Shown here: positions 48,135 to 59,635 of the stretch, one piece after another | How positions within the stretch are numbered: position 1 is the stretch's first letter | Layout of the letters: each line of letters opens with the position of its first letter | Assembly (NCBI GenBank): GCA_963514005.1 | Contig: OY740786.1 | Span: 37,696,001 to 37,760,000 of the forward strand | Direction: 5' to 3' | Source of the DNA: Raja brachyura | Lineage: Eukaryota | Length of the DNA stretch: 64,000 bases | Position numbers and translations under genes: made by a program | The notes under the pieces: model-generated | Database searches by the model: none | The model's input: the letters and a program-made list of their open reading frames with translations, nothing else | What the model was told of the DNA's origin: nothing

Positions 48135-48803
48135 GATAGAAACATAGAAACATAGATAATAGGTGCAGGAGTAGGCCATTCGGCCCTTCGAGCCTGCACC
48201 GCCATTCAATGTGATCATGGCTGATCATCCAACTCAGTATCCCGTACCTGCCTTCTCTCCATACCCCCTGATCCCTTTAGCCACAAGTGCCACATCTAAC
48301 GCCCTCTTAAATATAGCCAATGAACTGGCCTCAACTACCTTCTGTGGCAGAGAATTCCAGAGACTCACTACTCTCTGTGTAAAGAATGTTTTCCTCATTT
48401 CGGTCCTAAAGGAATTCCCCCTTATCCTTAGACTGTGACCCCTTGTTCTGGACTCCCCCAACATCGGGAACAATCTTCCAGCATCTAGCTTGTCCAACCC
48501 CTTAAGAATTTTGTAGGTTTCTATAAGATCCCCCCTCAATCTTCTAAATTCCATCGAGTACAAACCGAGTCTATCCAATCTTTCCTCATATGAAAGTCCT
48601 GACATCCCAGGAATCAGTCTGGTGAATCTTCTCTGTACCCCCTCTATGGCAAGGATGTCTTTCCTCAGATTTGGAGACCAAAACTGTACGCAGTACTCCA
48701 GGTGTGGCCTCACCAAAACCCTGTACAACTGCAGTAGAACCTCCCTGCTCCTATACTCAAATCCTTTCGCTATGAATGCTAACATACCATTTGCTTTCTT
48801 CAC
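48135..48803 (-). mobile_element. Young CR1 LINE 3' part, near-identical to 17469-18140
   Basis: The shared ORF2 segment VKKANGMLAF...KAGTGY is identical, and the antisense ORFs translate identically too. Confidence 0.95.
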
Positions 48804-49239
48804 TGATGAGGGGGTAGGATGGGCAATAGCTGACCATTGATCTGTGAGGAGGGATTGAATGGCAGATTGAGTCGGGCAGATTGAGTCACCTCTCAACATG
48901 GTTTTTTGGAGAGAAATTGTGAACCTATTCTGAACCTATACAAAATGTATTGTATCTTAATTTTTAAAAGGCACCTGATAAGGAACCAGATAAAAAGTTG
49001 CTTAGCAAAATAAGAGCTTTTGGTAATTACAATCTCGTGGATTCATGAGATCAAAGAATCTGAGAGATATGAACGGAATAGATGTCAGTAGATTATTTCC
49101 TTTAGTTGCAGTATTTAGGAATGCACACCCTCAGTACAAGAGGTCAGTCACTTGAGAGAAAGATTGAAAATTGTGAAATGTTTACATCTGAAGGCTGTTT
49201 GCTCAGTTATTATATGTTCAAGGCTATGAATCTGCCTCG

Positions 49240-49445
49240 AGAAGGTATCCCAGCAGGTTGCATCATGGCCTGGCACTATTTCAATGCATGGGAATGTAAG
49301 AGTCGGCAGAGAGTGGGGAACTCAGCCCAGTTAATCATGAGCACAACCCTCCCTACCATCAAAAGCATCAACATGAGGTGCTGTTTCAAGAAGGCAGCAT
49401 GTATCATCACAAATCTCCACCATCCAGGCCATACTCGCATCTCAA
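49240..49445 (+). mobile_element. Rex1/Babar-like LINE fragment
   Basis: GCIMAW...QRV..SAQ.IM...LPTI..I...CCFKKA..II...HHPGH. Confidence 0.65.
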
Positions 49446-49446
49446 G

Positions 49447-49660
49447 AATTATCCCAGGAATGACTGGGTGAACATATGATGAGTGTTTGACGGCACTGGG
49501 CCTGTACTAGCTGGAATTTAAAAGTGTGAGGGTGAGTCTTATTGAAAGTTACTGAATAGTGAAAACCTGGATAGAGTGGATGTGGAGAGGATGTTTCCAC
49601 TAGTGGGAGAGTCTAGGACCAGAGGGAATAAAAGTACATACCATTAGAAAAGAGATGAAA
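49447..49660 (+). mobile_element. Decayed CR1 fragment
   Basis: IPGMTG.TYDE.L..LGLY.LEF; DVERMFPLVGESRTRG. Confidence 0.65.
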
Positions 49661-50649
49661 AGTGTTGCCTGCTGATCCCTATCACCTCAACTGATGTTAT
49701 TTGCATTTTCAAGTCGGGCAACATATATGAAAAGAGAAACAGTTAATGATGCATGACAGGAACCAATTTGGCTGTGAAGAGATAGTTAAGTTATTTTAAT
49801 AATGTGTTGCTGATGTTATGAAGTTATGTGTTACGTGTAATATTATTGTATAGTGAGAGCTACTGGATTTGATCAAGCCAGACAATACAAATGGGGGAAA
49901 AAAAGAAGTGGGATGAGTGTGTGAGATTATTCTGGGTGGAACAGGAAAAAATGAAGTGCAGGAGGAACTCTGAGTTGGGCAGCATCCGAGATAGGTGGGG
50001 GGGAGAATAAATGGACAGGCAACCTCTCAGGTTAAGAACTTTCAGCTGGGCAGAGTTCTTGGAGCAACTTGGGTTTTTTGTTGCTCCAAATCTCAGCATC
50101 TGTAGTACTCTATGTGGACTTTGCATGTTCTCTGGTGATGGGATGGACTTCCTTCCAAATCCCAACAACATGAGATTGTTAGGTCTACCAGCGACTGTAA
50201 ATTGCCCTGCAAAATGTACAATTGTGGGGACAATAAAATGGGTGCTTGTTGGGCAGTACAAACTGAATGTGCTCAAAGGACTACTTGCATTTTATTCAAA
50301 TCTATTACAGGTTATTGGATTCTGCAAAATTCATTTAAATTCTTAAAGATTCATTGCATTTAATCAAATATTTGTACCTCTAAGTCTTTCTGCTATTACT
50401 ACCATACTTGTAGGAACATTTGTTTCCATGTGACCATATCAGAATGTAGTCTTTTGAATGTCAAAGAACACTGTGGACTGTCTCGTAATGGCTGCAGTAT
50501 AGACTGATAACTAATTGTTAGTGTATATGTATTCTTCATATAAAGCACAAAAGGATATAAAATTAGTTGATGGAACCCACATGCATGTCTATAGAATGCG
50601 TATTTAAAATAACTGGTAAAAATTTGGAAAAATCCAACCTAACGGTTAT

Positions 50650-51732
50650 CTGTTACGATTTTTGAAGTTTTTATTGCATGAACACATTATTACGGCTGAT
50701 ACTGTATTTCTTCCTTTTTTAATTGTTCTTGCAGATGTGTAAAGAATATAAAACAAATGCGTTTCCATTGATTTAATATTGAAGCAAAAACAAGTACATT
50801 TTTAAATAGATCCGTGCAACATTTTAAATGATCAATGTAAGAAAACATAGAATGCACAAAATGTTTTTTTTTAATTCCATTTGAGGTGAAATAGGACTTT
50901 AGAAGACCACACTTTATATTTTTCATATTGTACTCAAGGAATCTTTAAGACATTCTAAGATTCCAGAATCTCTTCACCAGAATTTGCCTATTTGTATATA
51001 ATTTGCACAATCCAGAGTGCTATTGTGGAGGTTCATAACTTTCACCAAACTGCTTTATGCTCAATCGACTGGCAAATGTAAAAAATTCAGTTTCAAAAGT
51101 AGATCATTTTGTACTCTTTACCAATAATACCTTTTGAAAGGTTGATTAATTTCTAACTGTGCTTAATTCACAGTTCATTCTCCATTAAGTTGAAACTGCA
51201 CAATGAAGGAAAAGAAAGCCTCACAAAATGACTATAACAATTAACTATTTTCCTATTAGCACTAATATTTTAAGAGGTGAAATTTCAGAAATACTTGCTG
51301 GATATTTACTGCACACAATAGCTCAGAGTGAACATTGTTGGGTATTACATTCAAAAATAGTTGACTGGCTTACTTTCAGTTGCCAATTTGAAGTGAGCAT
51401 AGCAGCTTCCAAATCTCCTAATCATTTAACTACAAAACAATGAACAACTGCAATTGCATTTGACACACCAGACCTGATATTCTGTTTTTGTATGCCTCAT
51501 AGCATGGTTCTCATCCCATTTAATGAGGATTGCTATTGGTGATTGGATTGTAAAAACAGGAAATGTGTACCCACAGGGAAAGTGTAATTGTGTTGCCCCA
51601 AATAATACAGGACATAATAACAAAATAGGGTTAGGGGTGTGGGAGAAGGATGAAATACAGTGTGTTGATCAGATGGATTCACGATTCCACAGGGAGTGTG
51701 GGGGGCAGAAGAATTACCATGGAGTTAGGATT
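50650..51732 (-). other. Probable OBI1 3' UTR with AATAAA at 50675-50670
   Basis: Unique AT-rich sequence after the stop, with a canonical poly(A) signal ~1.06 kb downstream. Confidence 0.5.
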
Positions 51733-53236
51733 TCAAGTTAGAAAATCTTTTTTTGAAGTTTTAGATGGACTGGCCAAGTCCTCACCATAATTTGGTGGCT
51801 TTCTCTTACTGGTTGGGTATCTGTTGTTTGGTCCCAGCAATTGTTCATTTTCAGCCATTAAACAGTTCCACAAAGACGGTTTCTTGTTCTCGAGGACAGA
51901 TAACTCTGAAGGTACTGAAAGAAAAGTGGGATTAAACCTGCAATGGAAAATGGATTTCTCTTCTGAAGATAAATATTCTTCCTTTAGGTTTGAAGCGACT
52001 GGAGACGCTGAGGGCAATGAAACTGCACTTTCCCCCCTATTTTTCATCTGATCTCTGGTGTCAGAGACAGGCAGCTGATTTTGCCTCCTTTTCTGCTCTA
52101 ATCTTTTCTCAGCTTCATTTAAAAGTTCAGTACACTGCGCCAGATCTGATGTTGAAGACATGTCAAGATCAGAAAGATCTTGGGATAATGGAGAGCACCG
52201 AGGATTTTGAGTATTCTCAGTTTCATCCAACATGAAATCCAGTTCCGATATCTTTTCCCGATAGGCGGCCTCCATTGATGTCTCACTGGAGGTCCTGGAA
52301 CGTTGACTTTTAAACTCAGCAAAACAAGGAACATCAGAAGCCAGGCTACCTATTAGATCTGACATTTTGCCCTTCGATTTGAGATTATCAGATACAGGAG
52401 TCTGAGAGCTCTTTCTTAAATTGCCTTTATGAGCACATTCAGTAGAACCGGGATGACAATCCCAAAGCATCAAGTTTTCAGATACAAGGTCAGCATTCTG
52501 CACACGACTACAATCAACATTTTGCCTCGACAACATTTGCTCCTCAAAACACGCATTTCTCCAACGAGCATCATCAAAACAAAGCCTTCTCAGGTAGCTC
52601 AACTTCTTGTCTCCGCCTCTCTTTTTCACCAGGGGACTGGCTTCTTCATCTGTGCTATCAAGGTGGAGGCCACCAAGTGACGTGGATGGTGTACATGGGC
52701 TAGGAAGTTCAAATCGGATCTCGCTCTCACTAGCAGACAAGGTGCGTTCTTCACCCTTTGCATCGGATGCAGGACTACGCAAAACATTGTCAACAGTGGC
52801 AGTAGCTAAAAGTCCATTGTCAGTAGGGACACGTTTATTTGGAAGCGACTCGCATACTATTTTACCTACATTATCCGGGCAAGAGAGGGTAAGTGATGAC
52901 TGAGCACTAGCCAATTGGTTGACAGATGACTGCTCAATTTCACTGAGGCTTCTCCTCAAGGGCATAATCCTCTTTTCTTGGAGGTCTTCGCGACAGTCCC
53001 AAAATTCCCCACTGCTTCCATTTTCTCCAGCGTGTACAGAAGAAGGTGATGACTCTGAAGAGAGTTTCACACCATTGTTTTCACTTTTCCGACTCTTTCC
53101 CTTCAATCGCTCAATCTGGAACTCCATATCCTCGATGTACTTGTCACTCCGTTCCAAAGCTCTTTTCAGACGATTCATCTCACGCTCATTTTGTTCCACT
53201 TTTGACTGAAGGGCAGCAACAGTGAACCTTCCAAAT
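51733..53236 (-). CDS. OBI1: OBI1/RNF219 large terminal coding exon (coiled coil plus Ser-rich C-terminus)
   Basis: TTACAG acceptor at 53237-53238, then (K)FGRFTVAALQSKVEQNEREMNRLKRALERSDKYIEDME, matching RNF219 FGRFAVAALQSKVEQYERE..LERSDKYIE. Also has PCTP, YLRRL.FDD and SMEAAY.EKISELD motifs. 500 open codons to TGA. Confidence 0.92.
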
Positions 53237-53384
53237 CTGTAAGCAGAATTAAATATTTTATCACTGTGTAAATAGGCATAATATTTCTTTAACTATCCAA
53301 TACTTGGCCACTATATCTGGCCCAAAATTCTGAAGTAAAAGCACAGTACACCAAGCACAGTGGTAAATGGAGAAGTGTTTAACC

Positions 53385-54070
53385 TAAGGGGGAAACCGCT
53401 TCGGTCGCCTCCTCCACAGAGAGGCGACCTTTTCCATGTTGCCTCCCTCGTGGCCTTGCATCAAGGATCGGTGCGGCCTTTCCCGGAGAAACGCCCGGGG
53501 CTTCAGCAGCGGGCGCTGCGCGGACTCTCGTCGCGGAGCGGACGAGCCCTCACTGGGTGTCGCCGGAGGGGAGTGCTCCATTCGCTGGCCCGCGGCCCTG
53601 CAGAGCTCCGACCACCGGCCTGTGACCAACTTCTAACCACGGGCGTGCCGGGGACTTACCATCCGGAGCAGGGTCCCTCGCCGGGATCCCTGGAGAGGAA
53701 CTCCGATCGCCGGCCCTGTGGTGCTTCTGCCGCGGCGGGGACTTTAGATCTTCGACCGCCGGCCTGCGGCCTACACAATCTTGAAGCCGCGGTCTCCGGT
53801 GGGGAATCACTGATTCAGGATTTACCTTGTCTGCACACCTGAACACCCGCAGCGGTGACTGCGGAAGGTTGTGGTCCTGACCACAGGGGGAGAAAATGGA
53901 GGAGGACTGATCAAATTGTTGTGCCTTCCACCACAGTGATGAATCCTGTGGTGGATGTTTGTGTTCAATTTTTATTGTGTCTTGGGTGTTCTTTTTTTAT
54001 TGTACCGCTGCTGGCAAATTCATTTCACTGCACTGTATGTGCAAGTTACGAATAAAACTTGACTTGACTA
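53385..54070 (+). repeat. CpG-rich non-coding retroposon-like element ending AATAAA-(CTTGA)n
   Basis: Sharp GC-rich block in the OBI1 intron with a tandem tail. Shares a hairpin motif with 54491-55210. Confidence 0.55.
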
Positions 54071-54490
54071 TGTAGCCAGTATTCCAAATCGGCCTAATCT
54101 CAAAGATCAAGTTGCAGTTTATAAATGGCACATGTTCTTGCAGATTGGGAGGCAGAAATCAAGTCTTTGTTGACTTCTTCAATGCAATAGACAGAGTTTG
54201 GGTCTTGCACCTGCAAACAAGGACCTGCTAACAACCTGTCACTGTCCAATGATAATAAAGGTCCATCTCAAGACCACTGAAAATGTGCCATACCTCATAT
54301 CTTGGAAGTCATTGCTCAGTGACAGCAGACACTGATGATGGAAATTGTCAGCACCATTTTCATCAATTCTTGAAAGGCCCCTGATATTAAAAAAATAGTT
54401 ATTTTCTCTTTGATTACTTGCCTCCAGAGCTCTGCATGAATGAATTCCTACATACCTCAGTTTTAAATGATTACCCCATGTCGTATAACT

Positions 54491-55210
54491 AGAATAGAAT
54501 AGAATGCCTTTTATTGTCATTCAAACAGCTTGGTTTGAACGAAATTGCATTTCTTCAGTCTTAACATTCCAAAACAACCCAAGACCCAATTAACACAATT
54601 TACACAAACGTCCATCACAGTGAATCTCCAACACCTCCTCACTGTGATGGAAGGCAAAAGTCTTATCTCTTCCCTTTGTTCTTCTCCTGCGGTCCAGCAG
54701 TCTACCTGCAATGTCAAGGTGACTGGGGCTCCCGATGTTAAAGCACCCGAAGGCTATGGTAAGTCCCGCGGGGCGATGTTAGGACCCGCTCCAAGTCCTT
54801 TAAACCCCATGATTCCGGTGGGAGAAGTTGCCGTTGTGGGAGCTCCGAAAAGCGGTCTCCCACCAAGGACCTGTGAGCTCCCGATGTTCCTGTCCACAGG
54901 GCCTGCGGCTGGAGCCTCCGAAGTCGGGTTGCAGCCGCTCGCCATCACAGCTCTTCCTGTTCTGAAGTCGGCCAGCTCCGCGATGGCAAGTCCGCATGCT
55001 CCGCGAGTGAAGGCTTTAGGTTGGTTCCGGCCGGAGGCTGCAATGTTAGGCCCAATGACATCGGAGACCCGACAGGGTCCCCATACAGGGAAGAGATTAA
55101 ACTGTTTCCTCCCCACCCCACATACACAGCTAAATAATAATAAAAACTAAAATCAAAACCATACATTTAACGAGACAAAAATTAAAAAAAAGACAGACGG
55201 ACTACAGTCG
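54491..55210 (-). repeat. Related CpG-rich retroposon-like element ending AATAAA-(TTCTA)n
   Basis: (AGAAT)3 at 54491-54505 and TTTATT at ~54510 on plus. GCCTTCCATCACAGTGA...TCACTGTGATGGACGTTTGTGT on minus. Confidence 0.55.
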
Positions 55211-56749
55211 AGCCACTCCAACTATGTTCCACTTGTTCAAGATTCTCCCAGTAGTGGAAACATCTGAACATTTCATCATCAGGATCTTACATGTTTCTAT
55301 AAGATTGACCCTTATTCTCCTAAATTTCAAGTAATCTAGATCCAAATAACAAAGCATTTTTATGGAGGTGTTTGCTATTGAAGATTGGAAAGCCCTGTGA
55401 TCTCTGCCTGAGCAACCTATTGCCAAAGTCTGGTGGTGGAACATCCATTGAGAAGTATGACCTTGTTAGTCAAGGGTGCAGGCAGTGTGAATTGCTTGCT
55501 ACTCCCAGAAAATATGAAACATATATTTGAATTTGAAGCCCAACTTAACTTAGGAGAACTGGATCGTAAAGTTAATTTCACAGTAAAATTGCACACCTGG
55601 ATTTGCATTGGACAATGATCCGGCTATCTCTCTTCGTCATCTCCTCTATCAGACAGGCAACTTCTGACTGCTTTGAGTATGAAAAATTGCAGAAAAAAGT
55701 GCTTGTCAACCAATTCATGTACCCCCCCCCCCCCCATGCACACCACTGCCACTTTAATACATAAGTACCGGTACATTTTGAATGGAATTTCAATCAGTAA
55801 AGCTCGTTATTGTAGGGGAATAAACACAGAACATGCCAAAGCAATCAGTAGGTCAGAGAGCATCAGGAGAAATGAGATGACATTTTGGGACACTTCATCA
55901 GAACTGTAATAGTGAGAAAACAAGCACAATTTATATTGCAGATAAGTGGAGATTAAAGGGACTGCCTGTAAACAGGTTGCCAAGATAACAATTTAAAAAC
56001 CTGAGACAGAATAAAGAAAAAAAGATAAATAAATAGTGGAAACACAAGAGACTGTAGCTGCTGTAGTGTGGGAGAAGAAAATCTGAACTACTGGAGGAGA
56101 TTCTGATGTAGAATCGCGAACTGAAATGTCATCTATCCCTTTGCCCACAGATGCTGTATGAGCTACCGAGTTCCTCCAGCAGCTTGTTTCACGCATGGAA
56201 CGAGAAACAGCACCTGTTCCGTTTGGGGAATGTTGGAGCCCTTGGGAATTGATGTTGAATTTAGTTAGGGCAGAAAAGCTGCAGCCATAGCTGTGGAGAG
56301 AAAATGTGGTGGTTATCCATCATTGTTAAATTCAAGCTTACATTGAATGCCATTGGAGTGATCTATTTCGTCAAAGGTAGAGTGGGAATAGGACAGAGAA
56401 TTAAAGTGATGCCCTACCTACCTGCAATGCCACTTTCAGGGAACATATACGTACTCCTGGACCCCTCTGTTCTGGAACACAGCGTTTCACTGTGATAATC
56501 CTGCCCTAGACATCCTTAAAAGGTAGCACCTCACATTTATCTGAATTATCCATCCCTCTACTTGCCAAGCTGATCAAGATCCTGCTGTAACTCTTGATAA
56601 CTATTGGCACTGTCTACTGTACCATATATTTTAGTGTCATCTGCAAACCTGCTACTCATGCCTCGTTCATTCTCATCAAATCATTGACGACAAACAGTAA
56701 TGGGCCCTGCACAGATCCCTAAGGCACACCTCTAGACACAGGGGAGAAG

Positions 56750-57035
56750 GTGAGGTAGTGCAGCAGTAGATTTGCTGCCGTACAGCTCCTGGGACCCTGG
56801 GTATGATCCCGACTATAGGTGCTGTCTGTATGGAATCTGTACGTTCTCCCCGTGACCGTGTTCCCTGGATGCTCCAGCTTCCTCCCACATTCCAAAGACA
56901 TACAGGTTTGTAGGTTTGGTAAAGATTGTAAATTATCCCAAGTGTGCAGGATAATGCTAGTGTATGGGAATCGCTGGTTAGCTTGGACTCGGTGGGCTGA
57001 AAGGCCTGTTTCTACGCTTGTATCTCTAAAACCAA
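56750..57035 (+). mobile_element. V-SINE/HE1-like tRNA SINE
   Basis: tRNA-like head, GTACGTTCTCCCCGTGACC...TTCCTCCCACATTCCAAAGAC core, CTAAAA tail. Confidence 0.8.
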
Positions 57036-58050
57036 AAAGGGAAAGATATGTGAACCATGATTGAATGGCACAGTAGTCTCGATGGGCCAAAAGGCCTAAT
57101 TCTGCTCCTATGACTTATGAACTAGGCTTCCAATTTGGAAAAAAAACCCTTCCATCACCATACTTTACTTCCTACCATAAAGCTACTTCTGTACACAGCC
57201 ATTGTTCTCTGGATCCCATGAGATCTAACCTTCCCGTGCAGCCTATCATGCGGAACCTTATGCACGGAATAACCTGGAGCGGAATTATTGAAAAATAATC
57301 AAGGGAAACTTATAGCTAAAAGATGAATTTGAATAATGCGTAAGGCTTTAAAACTATTTCACAACTTAAGTTAATTTTTGGTTTCACCATTTGCATTTTG
57401 GTCAGTACACTCTTTGTTTGGGATAATAGTCATTAATTGTGGAATCCATCGAAAAATGATTATTGCTTTAGAATGTGTTTTATATACAATTTTTAACACT
57501 CTACTTTGAAAATATGACTCAAACCCCACTAAGCTTTTTACATGATTGACATTGTTACAATGTAAATTGATAAAAGCCCGTTTTCCTAAGTGACGAAATG
57601 TGAACATGCACAAAGCTAGTTTGATGCATTAGTGGATCCTTTCAAAGAAATCCCTGCTTTAAACAGCTTGACTGACAATGAAGAGTTGCTGAGAGATAAT
57701 TTTTTAAAAACTAAAATGGCTATTAAATTTAAGCAAGTACTTTAGGATGTACTTAACATCAGTATTCTCCATTAAGAACAAATCCCTTGTTGTCTCAAAC
57801 ACTATGAAATGATTTATATCCCACACATACAGAAAGAAACAAAGCGGGATGAATCTAACTTCATAATTTCTGGGAAAATCTGTATGTCTGAATTTATTTT
57901 GGATAGATGCATTTACCCATGCATTTACCAATTTTGATCAAAACTAAAACTACCCCCTAAAAATATTATATTTGACCATTACTGCAGGTATCGATTGGGC
58001 AACTTTGCACATCGTTCAAGAATGAAGGCAAACTTACAAAGTGGAATGGG

Positions 58051-58645
58051 GGGTTACACAAAAAGCTGGAGAAACTCAGCGGGTGCAGCAGCATCTAAGG
58101 AATGAAGGAGATAGGCGACGTTTCGGGTCGAGACCCTTCTTCAGACTGGTCAGGGATCAGGGAAACGAGAGATATAAACAGTGATATGGAGAGATAAAGC
58201 AAGAACAATGAGTGAAAGATATGCAAAAAAGTATTGGAGATAAGGAAAGCAGGCCATTGTAAGCTGTTCCTGGTGTGAAAATGAGAAGCTAGTGCGACTT
58301 GGGGGGGGGGGGGGGGGGGAGATGGAGAAGGAATGTCAGGGCCCGAGGGCTGAGGGAGAGGTGGGGGGGGTGGGGGGAAAGGAGCAGTCTGGGTTAACAG
58401 AATTGAGAAAATTCAATGTTTAAGCCCAGAGGATGCAGACTCCCCAAGCGGAATATGAGATGTTGTTCCTCAAACTTGCGGTGTTGTTCACTCTGGCCAT
58501 GGAGGAGGCCCAGGACCGAGAGGTCGGATACGGAGTGGGAGGGGGAGTTGAAGTGCTGAGCCACCGGGAGGTCGGGTTGGTTATTGCGGACCGAGCGGAG
58601 GTGTTCGGCGAAACGATCGCCTAGCCTCCGCTTGGTCTCACCGAT
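58051..58645 (-). mobile_element. Penelope-like element 3' end: GIY-YIG endonuclease C-terminus (58645-58394), 3' UTR and hammerhead-bearing terminal repeat (core 58144-58117)
   Basis: IGETKRRLGDRFAEHLRSV...PVAQHFN...H...EEQHLIFRLGSLHPLGLN matches the PLE GIY-YIG pattern (IGET.R.L..R..EH, E...I..L....P.GLN). Confidence 0.88.
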
Positions 58646-59160
58646 CGGAATCACCGAAATGACGAAAGACGCCCAAGAGAAGTTCAAGTGAATTGCATCT
58701 CCTATGCTTGCATGTCAAAGCGCCATAAAGATGGGGAGTGATTCGTGGGGAGAAGAGGGGACCAGGGAGTCACCAGGAAGGTGGCCTTTCAAAAATGCTG
58801 AAACATGAGGGAAGGAGAATACATCTCCAATGGTATTTGGATTTGTTGATATGGAGGTTGGTGGAATCATGGTATAAACCGCGGTAGCTCATCCTGCTCT
58901 GTGCAGCAGGGGGTGCGTACAGAGGTTTGGGAAATAGTTGAGAAGTGGTCTATTGGTCTATCCACTATGGTAAACAAAGCACCACACAGTTCAGGAAGGA
59001 AGGCCATTCAAAGGCTTCTGTGCAAAATGCTTCATCATCAGTGTAAATACAATGCAGAGGAACAGGAAGAATGGGATGTGGTCTTTACAGGATGAAGGAT
59101 GTGAAGAAATTTGGTCACAATTGCTCTTGGAATCCATGGGCCGGCCACACACACATACAC

Positions 59161-59162
<2 letters not shown>

Positions 59163-59210
<48 letters not shown>
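59163..59210. repeat. (AT)n microsatellite
   Basis: Direct observation. Confidence 0.95.
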
Positions 59211-59212
<2 letters not shown>

Positions 59213-59439
59213 TTAATATAGAGGAAGATCCAGAAAGGGATGAGTCAGAGATGGACTATAGCTGCAGCAGATGCAACTCATCTCTTCATCACTTCATCTC
59301 TTGCATTCCCACCAAACAGACATTGTAAATGAAGCAGTGGTTTTGTTGACTTGCACTTCTTCCAAACTGCATTCGGTGTTTACAATATGCACTTATATAT
59401 ATTGGAGAAACCAAACACAGAGGGGCTATCAGCTTCTGG

Positions 59440-59635
59440 AGCACAACATTCAGTCCACAGCATTGACCTTCAGTTTCTAGTTGCCTGCCACCATCATTCT
59501 ACTCTGCCCCCTCTCTCTGTGGCCCCGTGCACTTTTTTTAGCAAGGCCCAACATAAGCTTGAAGAACAAAACCTAATCTCGTGTCTAGGCATGTTGCTGC
59601 CTTCTGGACTCAATATTAAATTCTACGACTTTTGT
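59440..59635 (+). mobile_element. Decayed PLE GIY-YIG fragment
   Basis: AQHKLEEQNLISCLGMLLPSGLNIKF parallels QHRKFEEQHLIFRLGSLHPLGLNIEF. Confidence 0.6.

Noticed and set aside
48234-48899. 221-aa ORF as a novel or domesticated gene
   Set aside because: A 5'-truncated CR1 ORF2 is fused by chance to ~32 codons of flanking DNA, and the RT core is missing.
54545-55150. 201-aa ORF and overlapping ORFs at 53360-53846
   Set aside because: They lie in GC-rich repeats where stops are rare. They have no domain features or splice support.
20298-58319. Many long G/C homopolymers (e.g. 20298, 30468, 40547, 44788, 58301)
   Set aside because: Several lie inside transposon copies, lengths are error-prone in assemblies, and no shared context suggests function.
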